From: the human T2T-CHM13v2.0 reference genome, Homo sapiens
DNA length: 64,000 nucleotides
NCBI RefSeq assembly: GCF_009914755.1
Contig: NC_060932.1
Strand: one strand, 5' to 3'
In this document: one piece after another, positions 32,011 through 47,793 of the stretch
Layout of the letters: the number at the start of each line of letters is the position of its first letter
Position numbering within the stretch: the stretch's first letter is position 1
Notes under the pieces: generated by a model
The model's database searches: none
The model's input: the letters and a program-made list of their open reading frames with translations, nothing else
Told to the model about the DNA's origin: nothing
Program-made: the position numbers and the translations under genes

Positions 32011-32818
32011 TCAGCAAGCCACAGCCCGGCCAAATAAACCACTGTCCTAGAACTCCCCACATGGTATTCTCTCATCTAGTCTCTGTGTCTGCAACTGGTG
32101 CTGAGTGATCCAATTCCTGGAGCCAGCCAGTGCCAGAGAGCCAAGCTATTTTCTCCCCCAGTGCCACCGCCACTGGGGCTTAGAGACCCCCATAACCACT
32201 GATTCCCTCCTTGACACAGCCACTAAAGTTCTTCTGAGCCACCACCACCACCCCACAGCCTGCCACCCTACCCTACAATCACTGCCCCTAGAGGTCTGTC
32301 TCTTACTCACTCCATCCAGCTGGGCTTTTCTCCCTCACCAAGAAATTAATGCAACTTCTAGCGTTCTCTCTCTTTCTCTCTCTCTTTCTCTCTCTCACTC
32401 TCTCTGCCATGTGCAGAAAGAAGATGTAACTTCGTAAAGTTGCACCATTTAAGCAAAAACCTGCATCCAGGAGCCATGTGGCTAATTTTTCCCAAGGGCT
32501 GAGGTTCCTTGGAGCCTCAGCATTGTCCTGCATCCCTCACCTCCCCACATCACCCTCCCTGTAGGAACCAAGACAGTCATTAGGGATCCCAATGACTTGT
32601 ATTTGTCATTTTCATCCCTGCCTTCCTCCGTGCCATTCTCAGAGCCCAGCTATTCCTTATGGACCCTTTATCCAGTGCCAAACTACCCAAACTTCCAGGG
32701 AGAGGAAGGATCCCAGAGACCAAATGCTTTCCAGGAAAAGAGGGGAAAGAGGCAAATGCATCCAGAGAATCAAACCTGACCTCTCTCTGCCCTCACCACA
32801 TCCTCCTCCCTAGGATGG

Positions 32819-33178
32819 TGATATGGTTTTGCTGTGTCCCCACCCAAATCTCATCTTGAATTGTAGCTCCCATAATCCCATGTGTTGTGGGAGGAACCCT
32901 GTGGGAGATAATTGAATCATGGGGGCAGTTTCTCCCACACTGTTATCGTGGTAATGAACAAGTCTCACGAGATCTGATGGTTTTATAAGTGGAAACCCCT
33001 TTTGCTTGGTTCCCATTCTCTCTTGCCACCACCATGTAAGACGTGCCTTTCCCCTTCCACCATGAGTGTGAGGCCTCCCCAGCCATATGAAACTGTAAGT
33101 CCACTAAATATCTTTTTCTTTATGAATTACCCAGTCTCAGGTATGTCTTTATCAGCAGCGTGAAAACACACTAATAAA
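32819..33178 (+). mobile_element. THE1-type MaLR solo LTR
   Basis: tgatatggttttgctgtgtccccacccaaatctcatcttgaattgtagctccc...ctaataaa; perfect 5-bp TSD gatgg. Confidence 0.93.
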
Positions 33179-33553
33179 GATGGGCAGCTACTGCCCAAAT
33201 CCCTGAGCTGTGTCAAGCTGTGGGGTTACAAATCCACAGAACACCCTGTAAACCTCAGAGGTGTATAGCACCAATATGTGCTGACACTACAGAAAAAGAA
33301 GTGGCTGGTGTGCTGCCTTCCAAAAGCTTACAATCAAGTTAGGAAAGGCAAGGGTGGCACACATTTAAACAATAAAGAAATAAATAGCATCATGGCATAT
33401 AACAGTGGAAATTATGTGGCATAGGCTCTGAATCAGTTTTTTTTTTTAGCATGCATAAGAGCACCTGAAAAACGTATTTAAAGCACAGATTCCTGAGCCT
33501 CACTCCCAGATATTTTTATTTAGTACCTGTGGAGTAGGTTTGTGATCTTTTTA

Positions 33554-33946
<393 letters not shown>

Positions 33947-36010
33947 TTACCATGGATTACAGGAGCTTTCATTGCAACAACCAAATCACAACTAAAACTA
34001 CTTAAAACTATCTGTTTTCTATGCTAGCCAGTTCCATTACTGCACCAGGCACCACACTTAGCAAAAACAATTGCTCTATGTTGCCCAAAGTATTTTTCCA
34101 TAACTGAAAGACACCTGAAAAAGGAAGAAAAGATGAATTGTCTTAGTGAGACTCATATGAATTTTTCAGTTGCTACAAGAGGTAATTAATTAGAGGGCAC
34201 TTTTGGTGTCTTGTCATCTTGATCAATCTGGCTTAGCCTCCAGGGCTATCAACCTCAGAGCTGGAAACACTTATTCCCCAGGCCAAATATGCTGCCCCCA
34301 CCTAGATCCCAGCAAAGCTTAGTGACCTCTCCTAAACCACAGCCAGCTACACATGAGCTCTTGCCATCCCACCTGCAAGGAAAGAGCCATGCAATTTAAA
34401 GATGGAAGAGATTGTGGTCATCATTTTACATTTTACGAACCTCTTCATTTTACAAGTAAAGAAATAGAGACCCAGAGACCCAAAGGCACAGGGCTAATGC
34501 CATCTCTCCTGGAAGTCAGATAGGAAGAGTCCTCACACCCCCTGCAGCCAAAATACAGTCATCCACACTTACCCTTTTAGGAAGAGGGTGACAGATGGGA
34601 GAGTAGTGTTTTTCCTTGCCACCTAGCCTTGTCTGTTTCCAAATCACTTATCAATTCACTCAGCAGCCTTGTCAGAGAAATATCTTGAGCCCTGCGGGGG
34701 GCCCAAGAAGAGGGAATAGGGCTAAGTGACTTCCAATGAGTGGGAGTGACTTCCCAATAGGACAGAGGATGTCAGGCAGGAAACGCACGTTCATGGGGTC
34801 ACTGTCTCCCTGCACAAAGCCCAGAGCTGAAGGGAAGAGGGAAGGCAGCAGACCAAAGCAAGGAAGCAGGTCAGGCTTCGAGTTCAAGGTTTCTTTTCTA
34901 TAGATTCTAGGGGAAGAGGAGCTCACCAAAAAGAGAGAGAAAGAAAAGGAGAGGGGGGTGGAAGAAAATGCCCCATGTACACCTAAAAGGTCTGGCAGGG
35001 CACAGTTTGCCTAAATACCCCAAGATGCTTCTCAGCAGCCCAGCGACATGCACAGTAGGTCTGGACTGTCAGGGGCAGGCAGGTCAGGACTGGGAGGTGA
35101 GGCTGGCCTCCAGGTTGCAGTGCCAGAGGTGTGGCCAGGCCAGGACGGGGAGGCTCTTCAGGCTGATGCCCACCCCCACTCTGCAGCTGCTCTCCCTCTC
35201 CACTCTGCCCTGCTTCACTCCCACCTTTTTCCTGGTTTGGGTTCAAACCCTAGCAACTAGCTCCAACAGATAACAACACCTGCCCACTCAGCAAACTGGC
35301 GTGCAGTCAAGAGACCGCCACACAATTGACTCTTCTGACACAGCACCTTTTGTTGCAGCCAAGATGTTTGAGAGGGAGAGAGTGAGGACACAGCTCAGTG
35401 GACCGGCTCCTGGCAACATGGCCTGGTCGGAAGCTCACATTTGCATTCTCGTCCTCAGGCCCCCACTCCCGGCCCCCATCCATGGAGCATAGAGAAACAG
35501 GTGGTGAGCATCCTCACTGGCAGATGCAGCAGGCGCTCACAGCAGAGGCAACGTCACTTTCCTTGTAGGTTTCTTGGCACCTTCTGGCCTTTCTGGAGCC
35601 AGCACCTCCTGGGAACTTGCTTCCTGGTGCTTCATCAAGGCCTTTGGCGTAACCATCCAGGATCTGTCACTCGTCCCACAAGGACTAGGGTCCTGCATTT
35701 TCTAAGTCACAGAAGCCTGTCAGGTCACACAGCCACAAAGTAAAGAGAGAGACCCAGACAGGAGAAAACTCGTGGAGGAAAATCATCACCACCAAGTAAT
35801 GGCAAAGGAGGACTCCACACGTTCTGAAAAACAAGTCTCCTTAACTAGCCATTTTCTCGTCCCACCCTGGGCAGGCCAGCACTTCTCCATTTTCACACAG
35901 CTCTCCCCACATTCACACAGGTCTGTTTGGTTAAAAAAGAGAACAGAATTGTGCTGAAGTGGCTACTGAATGCTAAGGTTTGGGGGTTTGTTTTAATTTT
36001 TATATTCTAG

Positions 36011-36451
36011 AAAGAGGGTCTTCCTCTGTTACCCAGGCTGGAGTGTAGTGGTGCAATCATAGCTCACTGTAACTGGAAACTCCTAACCTCAAGCATCCTC
36101 CCACCCAGCCTCCTGAGTAGACGGGACCACAAGTGCACACCACCACACCCAGCTAATTTTTTTTTTTGGTAGAGACAGGGTCTTGCTGTGTTGGCCAGGC
36201 TGGCACGCAGTGGCACAATCATAGCTAACTGCAGCCCCAACCTCCCAGGCTCAAGCAATCCCCCCACCTCAGCCTCCCAAGTAGCTGGGACCACAGGTGT
36301 GCACCACCACAGCCAGCTAAATTATTTTATTTTTTGTAGAGACAGGTCTCACTGTGTTGCCCAGGCTGGTCTCAAACTCCTAGCCTTAAGCGATCCTCCC
36401 ACCTCAGCTTCCCAAGTGCTGGGATTACAGGCATGAGTCACCACAGCCAGC
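36011..36451 (-). mobile_element. Trimeric AluJ (left-right-right arms)
   Basis: Full dimer 36170-36451 continues into an extra right arm 36011-36169. Confidence 0.85.
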
Positions 36452-37684
36452 AAAATGTTAAGATTTATATCACTGGAAATTTCTGTGTATGAAGTCAAGT
36501 GCCTGACCTTAAGGCACCTACTTTCTAATAGGAAAAACAAGGCAGGCAACTATCAAAAATATATGTGTAACATGCCACTCTGTGACACTGGGGATACAAG
36601 AAATGCCTCCTTAATTTTTTTAGTCAGATTGAATCTAATGAGACCCTACTTTCCAAAGGTGATGAAAAGTTTCATGTCTGTCATTTGGGGGAGTTATTTC
36701 TCCTTTCCATAAGCATAAGAACCCATAGGCTTTACATGATCCAAAAAAACAAAGGAGGAGGACCTGCTCATTGCCCCCAAGATGATGTGCACTGCTTGCT
36801 CCTAGTCCAGGGTGTGTGCTGCATGTGTTCCATGGCAGGCAGTTGTATTCCCTCCACGCCAAGTTCAGCCACAAAGGAATGTCCCTTAATAACCAAGACT
36901 CAGACAGCCCAGCAGTCATTGCCTTTGGATGTCTTTCCATCCCTGAGATGTTGGATTCAAGGGAGGTCAGCTCTGCACTGTTTACGAAACACACACTCCT
37001 CCTAGTCCTGGGCGATATAGCCACTAACTCCCCGGCCCTTGCAGCCCTCGGCTTAGATAACACCTCCTGGCATTCTATGTCTCACAGCCCTGTCGTATTT
37101 TCTTCACAATACTGATCACTAGCTGAAGCAATCTGATTTGTGGACTATGTGTTGGTTTACTGTGTTCTTCAGAAGAACACAAATTCTGTGAGAGCTGGAT
37201 CCTTTCCAATCCTATTTGCTGATATATATCCAATGCCTAGAAAAGTGCCTGGCACAAGCTAGGGACAAGTATCTGTTGAATGAGTAACTTAATATGCCAA
37301 GACTGAAACCTCCTCCTTTTCTTATACTATCAAACATTATTTTGCCAACAAACCCCATGCTGAATGGCCCTAGATCTTCAAAAGCAGCATATCTCAGAGA
37401 TGGAAAATGGAAAAGCGTCCTTGGTTCTTTCTAGCTGAGTCTACAAGAAGAAAACTCAGGTTAATGTTTCAATTACCCATTATACACACATATATATACA
37501 AATATCTCTATGATGTCAATATTATTTTGCAGGAATACAGTTGATAAGGGACTGAGCTGGACAAGATCACAAAGCTGATCTGAATTCAATAATTTTCAGA
37601 CTGATCGTTCAGACTTGGCTTAAGGTTGCTTTCACTTTTGTTTGCTACCCAACTAGCAAATGAGCAATGAAAATAATATACACA

Positions 37685-38598
<914 letters not shown>

Positions 38599-39130
38599 GG
38601 CCAGGCGTTTGAGATCAGCCTGGGCAATACAGCAAGACCCCCCAGCTCTTAAAAAAAAACAAAAAGAAAAATATGGATGAGTAGACTCATCCCAGTTGCC
38701 TTCCTAAAATTCTTTACAGCCCCCAAAAATTTAATGGCTTCAGCAGGTCAAATAGAGTAAGGAACCTACCAAGACAAAAGAGCCCAGAATCTCAGTTCAT
38801 TGACTTTCACAGGAATTTCCTGTCCCATTTTTAACTGCACCAATGGGCCCGCATTGGAGTGTGAGCCCTGGCCACAGTCCACAATAGGGGTTGTGGTACA
38901 GACTAGCTTTGTGTCATCAAAAATGAATTAAAATAAATGGTTGATCTATGGTTGAAATGAGGAGAGTAATGTGCTATGGAAGACAGGAGGAAGAAAATGC
39001 TTTCAAACATATGAAGTGTTTTGTTTAAAAACTTGGAGAAGAGTAGAAGTTGAGTGTGCAGAGGGGAGGAATCCACAAAAGCAAGCCGGGCTCCAAAGGA
39101 AGCTGTGGGCGTGGGTTTACACTGAGAGAC

Positions 39131-39148
39131 TGGAGCCATCTGGTGGAG
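39131..39148 (-). promoter_or_regulatory. Candidate CTCF site
   Basis: Minus strand CCACCAGATGGCTCC resembles the CTCF core; motif match only. Confidence 0.4.
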
Positions 39149-39438
39149 AATGCTGAAAGCAACAAAGAATAATGAGAATCAGTGCAGTCTGCTAGAGAAA
39201 TGAGATCCCAGAAGTGGGGACTGGAAGATACTCTTTACTTTTACATATGATGAAGTTGAGATTCAACAAATTTAAGTGACTTGCCGAAGCTGAAAGGGTG
39301 AAATAATGTCATTATTAAATGGGTTACCCTCAGATATGGTTTCAATCTAGTATGAACTGAAAAGTGGCTGATTTTGAAGAGCCTCAGTGATCAGGGAACT
39401 TGTACTCCACTCTGAAACTTTCAACACTTGCCCTTCCC

Positions 39439-39791
39439 TGTACTAGTCTGTTCTCACACTGCTAATAAAGACATACCTGAAACTGGGTAATTTATAAGGG
39501 AAAGAGATTTAAGGGACTCACAGTTCCACATGGCAGGAGAGGCCTCACAATTATGGCAGCTAGCAAGGGAGGAGCAGTCACATCTTACACAGCAGCAGGC
39601 AAGAGAGCTTGTGCGGGGAACTCCCCTTTATAAAACCAACAGATCTCGTGAGATTTATTCACTACCACAAGAACAGTATGGGGGAAACCACCCCCATGAT
39701 TCAGTTATCTCCACCAGGCCCCAGCCTTGACATGTGGGGATTATTACAATTCTAGATGAGATTTGGGTGGGGACACAGCCAAACCATATCA
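39439..39791 (-). mobile_element. THE1B-like MaLR solo LTR
   Basis: tgtactagtctgttctcacactgctaataaagacatacc...gggacacagccaaaccatatca; near-TSD ttccc/ctccc. Confidence 0.93.
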
Positions 39792-40539
39792 CTCCCTGAG
39801 CCCAGGAATCTATAAATTGTCAATCATGATCTCTAAGTCAGTCTTGATTCTCTCTCTGGTCAATATCCAAATGCACACAGTTGGATTCCCAGCTATATGT
39901 CACAACCTGCTGCCCAGCCTGAAGGCCTCCCTACAGGGAGGGAAACATAGGTGACAACTCCCCTCCTAGAGTTGGGATTGCATTCTTGACACCACACCTT
40001 TATCACTGGTGGCAATAATGGGATTTCAAATAAACTACTCTTTGGTCAAAGATTAGATGAGACTGTCCTGCCTCAACTGCATAGAAACTGCATAGAAATA
40101 CCTTGTTCTCATGGGCCTGAAACTTGCAGAATGGATTTGCTGTAGATATGCTTTTGTACACATGTGAGCTTAGGCTTGTTCTATGGGCTATTACACAGAC
40201 AGAAGTAAACACCATTACTTATTTCAGTAGAGATATTGTCCCTGAGGCCCAATCTCAAAGATAGATACAATTGACCAAAACAAAAACAGACAAAAATAAA
40301 TAAAATGACCCCGGATTTCTTAGCTGCAGCCCATGAAAGCCACACAGACTTAACAGAGTAGGAACTTGGTCAAGGATATTAGACAATTCACATAATTGCT
40401 GAGAGAGTTAGAAAGCCAGTTGCTGGAACCATATGGGTAGAAACAACACCCAGCTATGTTGTGGGGGCTTGTAAGGAACTATCTTAGCCCCCACTGCTCA
40501 CTCTCTATGCCCCTAGAGATTGAACATTAAAGAGCTTTT

Positions 40540-40670
40540 AGCTGGGCAGAATGGCACACACTTGTAGTCCCAGCACTTTGGGAGGCTAAGGCAGGAAAAT
40601 CACTTGAGGCTGGGAGTTCAAGACCAGCCTGGGTAACACAGTGAGACACCCTCTCTCCAAAAAAATAAAA
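40540..40670 (+). mobile_element. FLAM/Alu left monomer
   Basis: Single arm with A tail. Confidence 0.85.
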
Positions 40671-40729
40671 AGTTTTCCCAAGGACCAGCCATCTGTCCCC
40701 ATGTTAGCTAGAAGATCAATTCCAGCATG

Positions 40730-41110
40730 TAGCAGAAACTACTATGCAGTCACCAAAACCCATGACTAGATCACATTTCCCAGACTTCCTTACTGTTAAA
40801 TGTGGTGACTGTCTGAGTTCCAGCCAATAGAATGTAGGTAGAGGAAAAGTGCATCACTTCCAGGAAGAGCCAGTAAAAGCCTCCTGCAAGTCATCTTTTC
40901 TTGCTTCCTCCCCTGCCTGAATGGAGAGGACTCTGTGGACCTAGAGAAGGGCAGAACCACAAGATGAAAAAAGCCTTGAGCCCCTGAGTGACCACATGGA
41001 GGGCTGCATTACAAGGAACTCTCACATCAGACTCTGGAAAGTGACAAGTAAATGTACATTGTGCTTCAGGCCAGAGAAGGTAAAATTGATCTGCAGCAGC
41101 AACTGCTGTG
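40730..41110 (+). mobile_element. Old MLT1-type MaLR LTR fragment
   Basis: cacatttcccagacttcctt...gagttccagccaatagaatgtagg...ccacaagatgaaaaaagcc. Confidence 0.6.
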
Positions 41111-41378
41111 ACTCACCCTAAGGACAACCACTCACAAGTCTTTCATGGGCTCATGTGAGTGAAAGGATCTAGATTATATGCTGCACCCTAGCTGCAAGGG
41201 AGCCGGGGGATGCAAGTTTGCTGCCATCATTCTTGTGAAAGTGGGATTCAGAATGTGGACAGTTACCAAGATGTAGAGAAAATACTTGGAGCAGCAATAA
41301 ATGAAGCATGATCCCTACAGAAAGAAACAAACAGTTCACAGAAAATGTAGCCCAAATAGCCAGTAAACATATGAAAGG

Positions 41379-41692
41379 GGCCGGGCATGGTGGCTCACGC
41401 CTGTAATCCCAGTACTTTGGGAGGCCAAGGCAGGAAGATCACGAGGTCAGGAAATTGAGACCATCATGGCTAACATGGTGAAACCCCATCTCTACTAAAA
41501 ATACAAAAAATTAGCCAGGCATTGTGACACACACCTGTAGTCCCAGCTGCTCAGGAGGCTGAGGCAGGAGAATGGCTTGAACTCAGAAGGCACAGGTTGC
41601 AATGAGCCGAGATCACACCACTGCTCTCCAGCCTGGGTAACAGAGTGAGATTCTGTCTCAAAACAAAAACAAAAACAAAAACAAAAAAAAAA
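41379..41692 (+). mobile_element. Alu (AluSc-like) within an old L1ME-type fragment (~41330-41960)
   Basis: gatcacgaggtcaggaaattgagaccatc; TSD aaacatatgaaagg. Confidence 0.9.
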
Positions 41693-42347
41693 CATATGAA
41701 AGGATTACCAATATCACTAGTAATGATGGAGATGCAAAATTTTACCCCCAAAAAACAGGTGATTTTATACCATTAGATTGCAAAGCGTTTTAAGGCTTAT
41801 AAATTTGGCAATGATGTGGAGAAATGAGGCCTCTCATATCATGTTGGTCAAAGTGTAAATTATCACACCCATTATGGAGAGCAAAATTGGACACTCTATA
41901 ATAAAGTCAGAGACGTACCTTGAAATCCAATCTAGCAAGTCTGTTTCTAGACATGTATCTTAGCGATGGAGTGTCTCACAGCAACAGACAAATGCCCTCA
42001 AATGACACATATTGCTTTCACTCATGGCCCATTGACAAGAACTAATCAAAAGGCCCTGCCTTACTATAAGGTCACAAGAAAGAATAATCCTCCCACATGT
42101 TCAGAAAGGAGAAGAAAACTAGATATGACTTAGTATAATACCAGAAAGTAGAGACCACACTTTTCCAAAGAACTTCAATGTTGAAGCCTTTCTTGCAAAA
42201 ACAGCAAAGAAAGTCTCACTATAAGACCTTCTCACAATGCAGAGACTTACTGCCGTCATCAGATTGCAAAACTTTTTTATTGAGGCAGAATCCATAGGTG
42301 ATGAAAAGGAAATGTTTGTAGGTTTAGAAAGGTTAAAAGTAAAATCC

Positions 42348-42615
42348 AGGCAGAGGCAGTAAGATTGCTTGAGCCCAGGAGTTCAAGATCAGCCTAGGCA
42401 ACATAGAGAAACTCTTGTCTCTGCAAAAAATGCAAAAATTAGCTGGGCATGTTAGCACACGCCTGTAGTCCCAGCTACTTGGGAGACTGAGGCAGGAGGA
42501 TCATGTAAGCCCAGGAGGTTGAGGCTGCAGAGAACCATGATTGCTCTACTGACTCCAACTGGGCAACAGAGTGAGACTCTGTCTCAAAAAAAAAAAAAAA
42601 AAAAAAAAAAAAGAA
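42348..42615 (+). mobile_element. 5'-truncated AluJ
   Basis: Alu body and long poly-A. Confidence 0.88.
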
Positions 42616-43393
42616 AATTCCAATGACAAGGTCAGAATGATTCATCCCTTCCCAACTTTAGACTCAGACAGTCTATGACAACATCTTGCCATCTGTTGTA
42701 TCTGACAGCCCCAGTATCTAGATGTAAAGCCATCTCTCAAGAACTTTGGTCAACAGTAACAGCACCTTGTTTACTTACTATCATCCATCCCAGAAAGGCA
42801 TCTTGATATCCACATGTTGGAAAGCATCCAACAGGTAAGTGGCGATTAGGCCTATTATTGGTTTAGCTACAATCATCTAGATAGTCCAAATTTGGACAAG
42901 TCAGCATTGCTGAATCACACAATCTCCTGGAAAATTCAAGCAAATAAACAAGGAATCTGCCTTTCACCTCTATTACAATTCACCTCTATTCAAATGAAGG
43001 TGATATTTTCATGGTGGATTCTCGCACCAGCACCTATCTTAATACCTGGCACATAGACATTAGACAAATGTTTGTTAAATAAATGGATCAACGCATCAAT
43101 CAATCTGGGTAATTATAGGCATACCATTGCTATCTGGTCTGCAAACTAAATTGCAGGATAAACACTCAGCCAGTAAAATCACTACCAGAGCTAGATGGTT
43201 GTATATATACCAGGAATTTTTGTCCAGATGCCAAGGGGAGGTGGAGGAGGAGGCTGGGAACTATCCCAGCTGGCATGGCTCTATAGATCCCACTGCCAAA
43301 GAAAGCACAGAGGCAGAAACGGAACTTTGAGCCAACTCAGTGAATTCACAGGCTGGGAGATACCATCCCATCTCTTCTCATAAATAATGGAGG

Positions 43394-43710
43394 CATAGCA
43401 TCATTCTGTGTCTTAGCTTTGCCATTTTTTAAGTATATAAATTTTTAATTGACAAATAATTGTTCATATTCATGGGGTACATAGTGATGTTTTGATACAT
43501 AGCATTATTCTATGTCTTAGCTTTGCCATTTTTTAAGTATACAAATTTTTTAATTGACAAATAATAGTACATATTCATGGGTACATAGTGATGTTTTGAT
43601 ACATAGAATGTATAGTGATCATATCAGAGTAATTAGCATATCCATCATCTCAATCATTTATCATTTCTTTGTGTTGGAAACATTCAATAGCTTTCTTCTC
43701 TACTTTGCCA
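43394..43710 (-). mobile_element. L1MA 3' end fragment with a ~104-bp tandem duplication across its edge
   Basis: ttttaattgacaaataat..acatattcatggggtacatagtgatg...; ctttgccat at both ends; unit repeated at 43394 and 43498. Confidence 0.85.
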
Positions 43711-44038
43711 TCTGTAACAAGCAGGGTAGGACTAGAAGAGAATGAAGTTATGCAGCAAGAAACAGATTATTTTGCTGGCAAACACTAGGATTCTACCAAG
43801 TTTCTTGCTTCGCTTTGGAATTGAGATAAAGGCCCAAGCAGAAGCGAGATCAGAAACTTTCCCATATGAAACATATAGACACCCTAAGGTTTATGTCCAA
43901 ATCCATCTTGATCTCTGAAGGAAGCAATCCTTGAAAAAAATATTTTTTTTCCAAAGACTGTGGAAGGCTCATGGCACAAGAAACTACCTGGGTATTAATT
44001 GGTGATGTCCTAGGAGAACAGTCAAGAAAATAGACACA

Positions 44039-44674
44039 GGCCGGGCACAGTGCTTCACGGCTGTAATCCCAGCACTTTGGGAGGCTGAGGAGGGTGGATC
44101 ACCTAAGGTCAGAAGTTCAAGACCATCCTGGCCAACATGGTGAAACCCCATCTCTACTAAAAATACAAAATTAGCTGAGCTTGGTGGTGCATGCCTGTAA
44201 TCCCAGATACTCCAGAGGCTGAGGCAGAAGAATTGCTTAGAACCCAGGAGGCGGAAGTTGCAGTGAGATGAGATCATGCCACTGCACTCCAGCCTGGGTG
44301 ACAGAGCAAGACTCTGTCTCAAAAAAGAAAAGAAAAGAAAAGAAACACAGAGGAGGCTGGGCACAGTGGCTCATTCCTGTAGTTCCAGCACTTTGGGAAG
44401 CGAAGAAGGGAGGAGTGCTTGAGCTCAGAAGTTCCAGACCGGCCTGGGCAACACAGTGAGACTTGTCTCTACAAAAGATAAAATAATTTAGCTGGCTGTG
44501 GTGGTGCATGCCTGTGGTCCCAGCTACTTGGGAGGCTGAGGTGGGGGGATTGCTTGAGCCTGGGAGGTTGGGGCTGCAGTTAGCTATGATTGTGCCACTG
44601 TGTGCCAGCCTGGCCAACACAGCAAGACCCTGTCTCTACCAAAAAAAAATTAGCTGGGTGTGGTGGTGTGCACT
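44039..44674 (+). mobile_element. AluS (44039-44345) followed by a rearranged AluJ (44355-44674)
   Basis: Second element ends abruptly about 25 bp into a third arm. Confidence 0.88.
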
Positions 44675-45081
44675 CAATAAAACTAAGAGCTAGTATCTAG
44701 CTAGTATCTCATCAGAAATCATGGAGGTTAGGAGGCAGTGGGATAACATATTAAAAGAGCTGAAATATAAATTAAAAGTGCTATTAACCAAAAATTCTAT
44801 ATCTGACAAAACTATCTTTCAAAACTAAAGAGGAAATTAAGACATTCCCAGATAAACAAAAACTGAGAGAATCCATTGCTAGTAGACCTAACCTATAAGA
44901 AATGCTGAGAGGAGTCCTTCAGCTGAAATGAGAAGGAACACAAGCAATGCAAATCCACCCAAAGAAATAATGAACATCTGTAAATATTTACCTAACAACA
45001 TAGGTAAATATAAGTCAGTATTCGTTTATTTTTAGTTTGTAACTCCTTTTTTTTCTATATAGTTTAAAACACAACTGTTTA

Positions 45082-45390
45082 GGGCTGTGTATGGTGGCTC
45101 ACACATTTAATCCTAGCACTTTGAGGGGTCAAAGCAGAAGGATTGCTTGGGCCCAGGATTTTGAGGTCAGACTGGGCAACATAGACTCCATCTCTACAAA
45201 TTTTTTTTTAATTAACCAGGCATAGTGGCATGTGCCTGTGGTCTCAGCTACTCAAGAGACTGAGGCAGGAGGATCACTTGAACCCAGGAGACAGACTGAG
45301 ACTGCAGTGAGCCATGTTCACATCACTGCACCCCAGCCAGGGCAACAGAGCGAGATCCCATCTCAAAAAGTCAATCAATCAATCAATAAA
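45082..45390 (+). mobile_element. AluJ in L1
   Basis: Dimer with (AATC)n tail. Confidence 0.88.
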
Positions 45391-45879
45391 ACACAACAAC
45401 TGTATAAAACAATACTTATAAATCTTCACTGATGTGCTCACAATGTATAAAGATGTGATTTGTAACAACAACAAATGGGATAGAGTTTTATAAGAGCAAA
45501 AATTGTGACTACTATTGAAAATAAGTTGGCATTAATTTGAACTTGTTTGTTATAAATTAAGATGTTAACTGTAATTCTCAGAGTAACCACTAAGAAAAAA
45601 AACTAAAAAGTATATTGTAAAAGAAATAAGAAGGAATAAAAAATGTACACTAGAAGATATCTATTAAATATAAAAGAAGGCAATAATGGAGGAATTGAGG
45701 GAAAAAAACAATGTGAAATATAGAAAACAATAGCAAAGTGCAGAAGCCTTTCCTTATCAGTAATTAATTAGCGTAAATTAATTCAGAGATTAAATTATCT
45801 GAGTAAAGGGAAGAGACTTAGCAGAATATATTTTTTTAAAATAATCTAACCATATGCTGTCTACAAAATACTCACTTTA

Positions 45880-46502
<623 letters not shown>

Positions 46503-47510
46503 CAAAGACAAATAGGTTGAAAGTAAAAGAATAGGAAGAGACTTTCCAAGCAAACATTAGCCAAAAAAGAACTTGAGCGGCTATATTAATATCAAACAAA
46601 ATAGTAAGATAAAAATGTTTACAAAAGACAATAATGGATATTATACAATAATAATTATATAATATTATATACAATACTGATTATATACAATCAAGAAGAT
46701 AAAACAATTATAAACATATGTACCTAAAAACAGAGACCCAAAATATATAAGGCAAAAACTGGCAGAATTGAAGGGAGAGATTATTCGATAATAATCATTA
46801 CAAACTTCACTACTCCACTTTCAGTAGTGGGTGGAACAACTAGAAAAAAGATCAACAAGGAAATAAAAGAGTTGAACGACACTGTAAACAAACTAGACCT
46901 AACAAACTCTATAGAGCTCTATTATAGAACACTCTACCCAACAGAAGACACTCTTCTCATACCTAGCATTCTTCTCAAGTGTATATGGACCAACTCCAGA
47001 ATAGATTATATTTAAACCACAAAACAAATCTCAAAGACTTTTCAAAAACTGAAATCACACAAAGTTTCTTCTCCAACCACACAGAATGAATTAGAAATCA
47101 ATAGCAGAAGGAAATCTGGAAAATTGACAAATATGTGAAAATTAAATAACACACTCTTAAACAACCAACAGGTGAAAGAGAAAGTAACAAAAGGAATTAG
47201 AAAATACTTTGAGGTGAATAAAAATAAAAACACAACATACAAAAAAGTTTTGGGACACAGTGAAAGCAGCGCTTAAAGAAAATGTATAACTCTAAACACT
47301 TACATTTAAAAATAAAAAAAGATGTCAAATCAATTACCTAACCTCCTATTTTAAGAAACTAGAAAAAGAAAAGCAAACTAAACTCAGGAATCAGAAGAAA
47401 GGAAACAATAAAGATTAGACAAAAATAAATGAAATATAGAAAAACAATAGAAAGAATCAACAAAACAAAAAGGTTTTTTAAAAAGATAAGCAAAATTAAC
47501 AAACATTTAG

Positions 47511-47793
<283 letters not shown>

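Noticed and set aside
42700-42840. Perfect splice donor CAG|GTAAGT at 42832-42840, a possible lncRNA exon end
   Set aside because: A single 9-mer with no convincing acceptor or partner exon; can occur by chance in 64 kb
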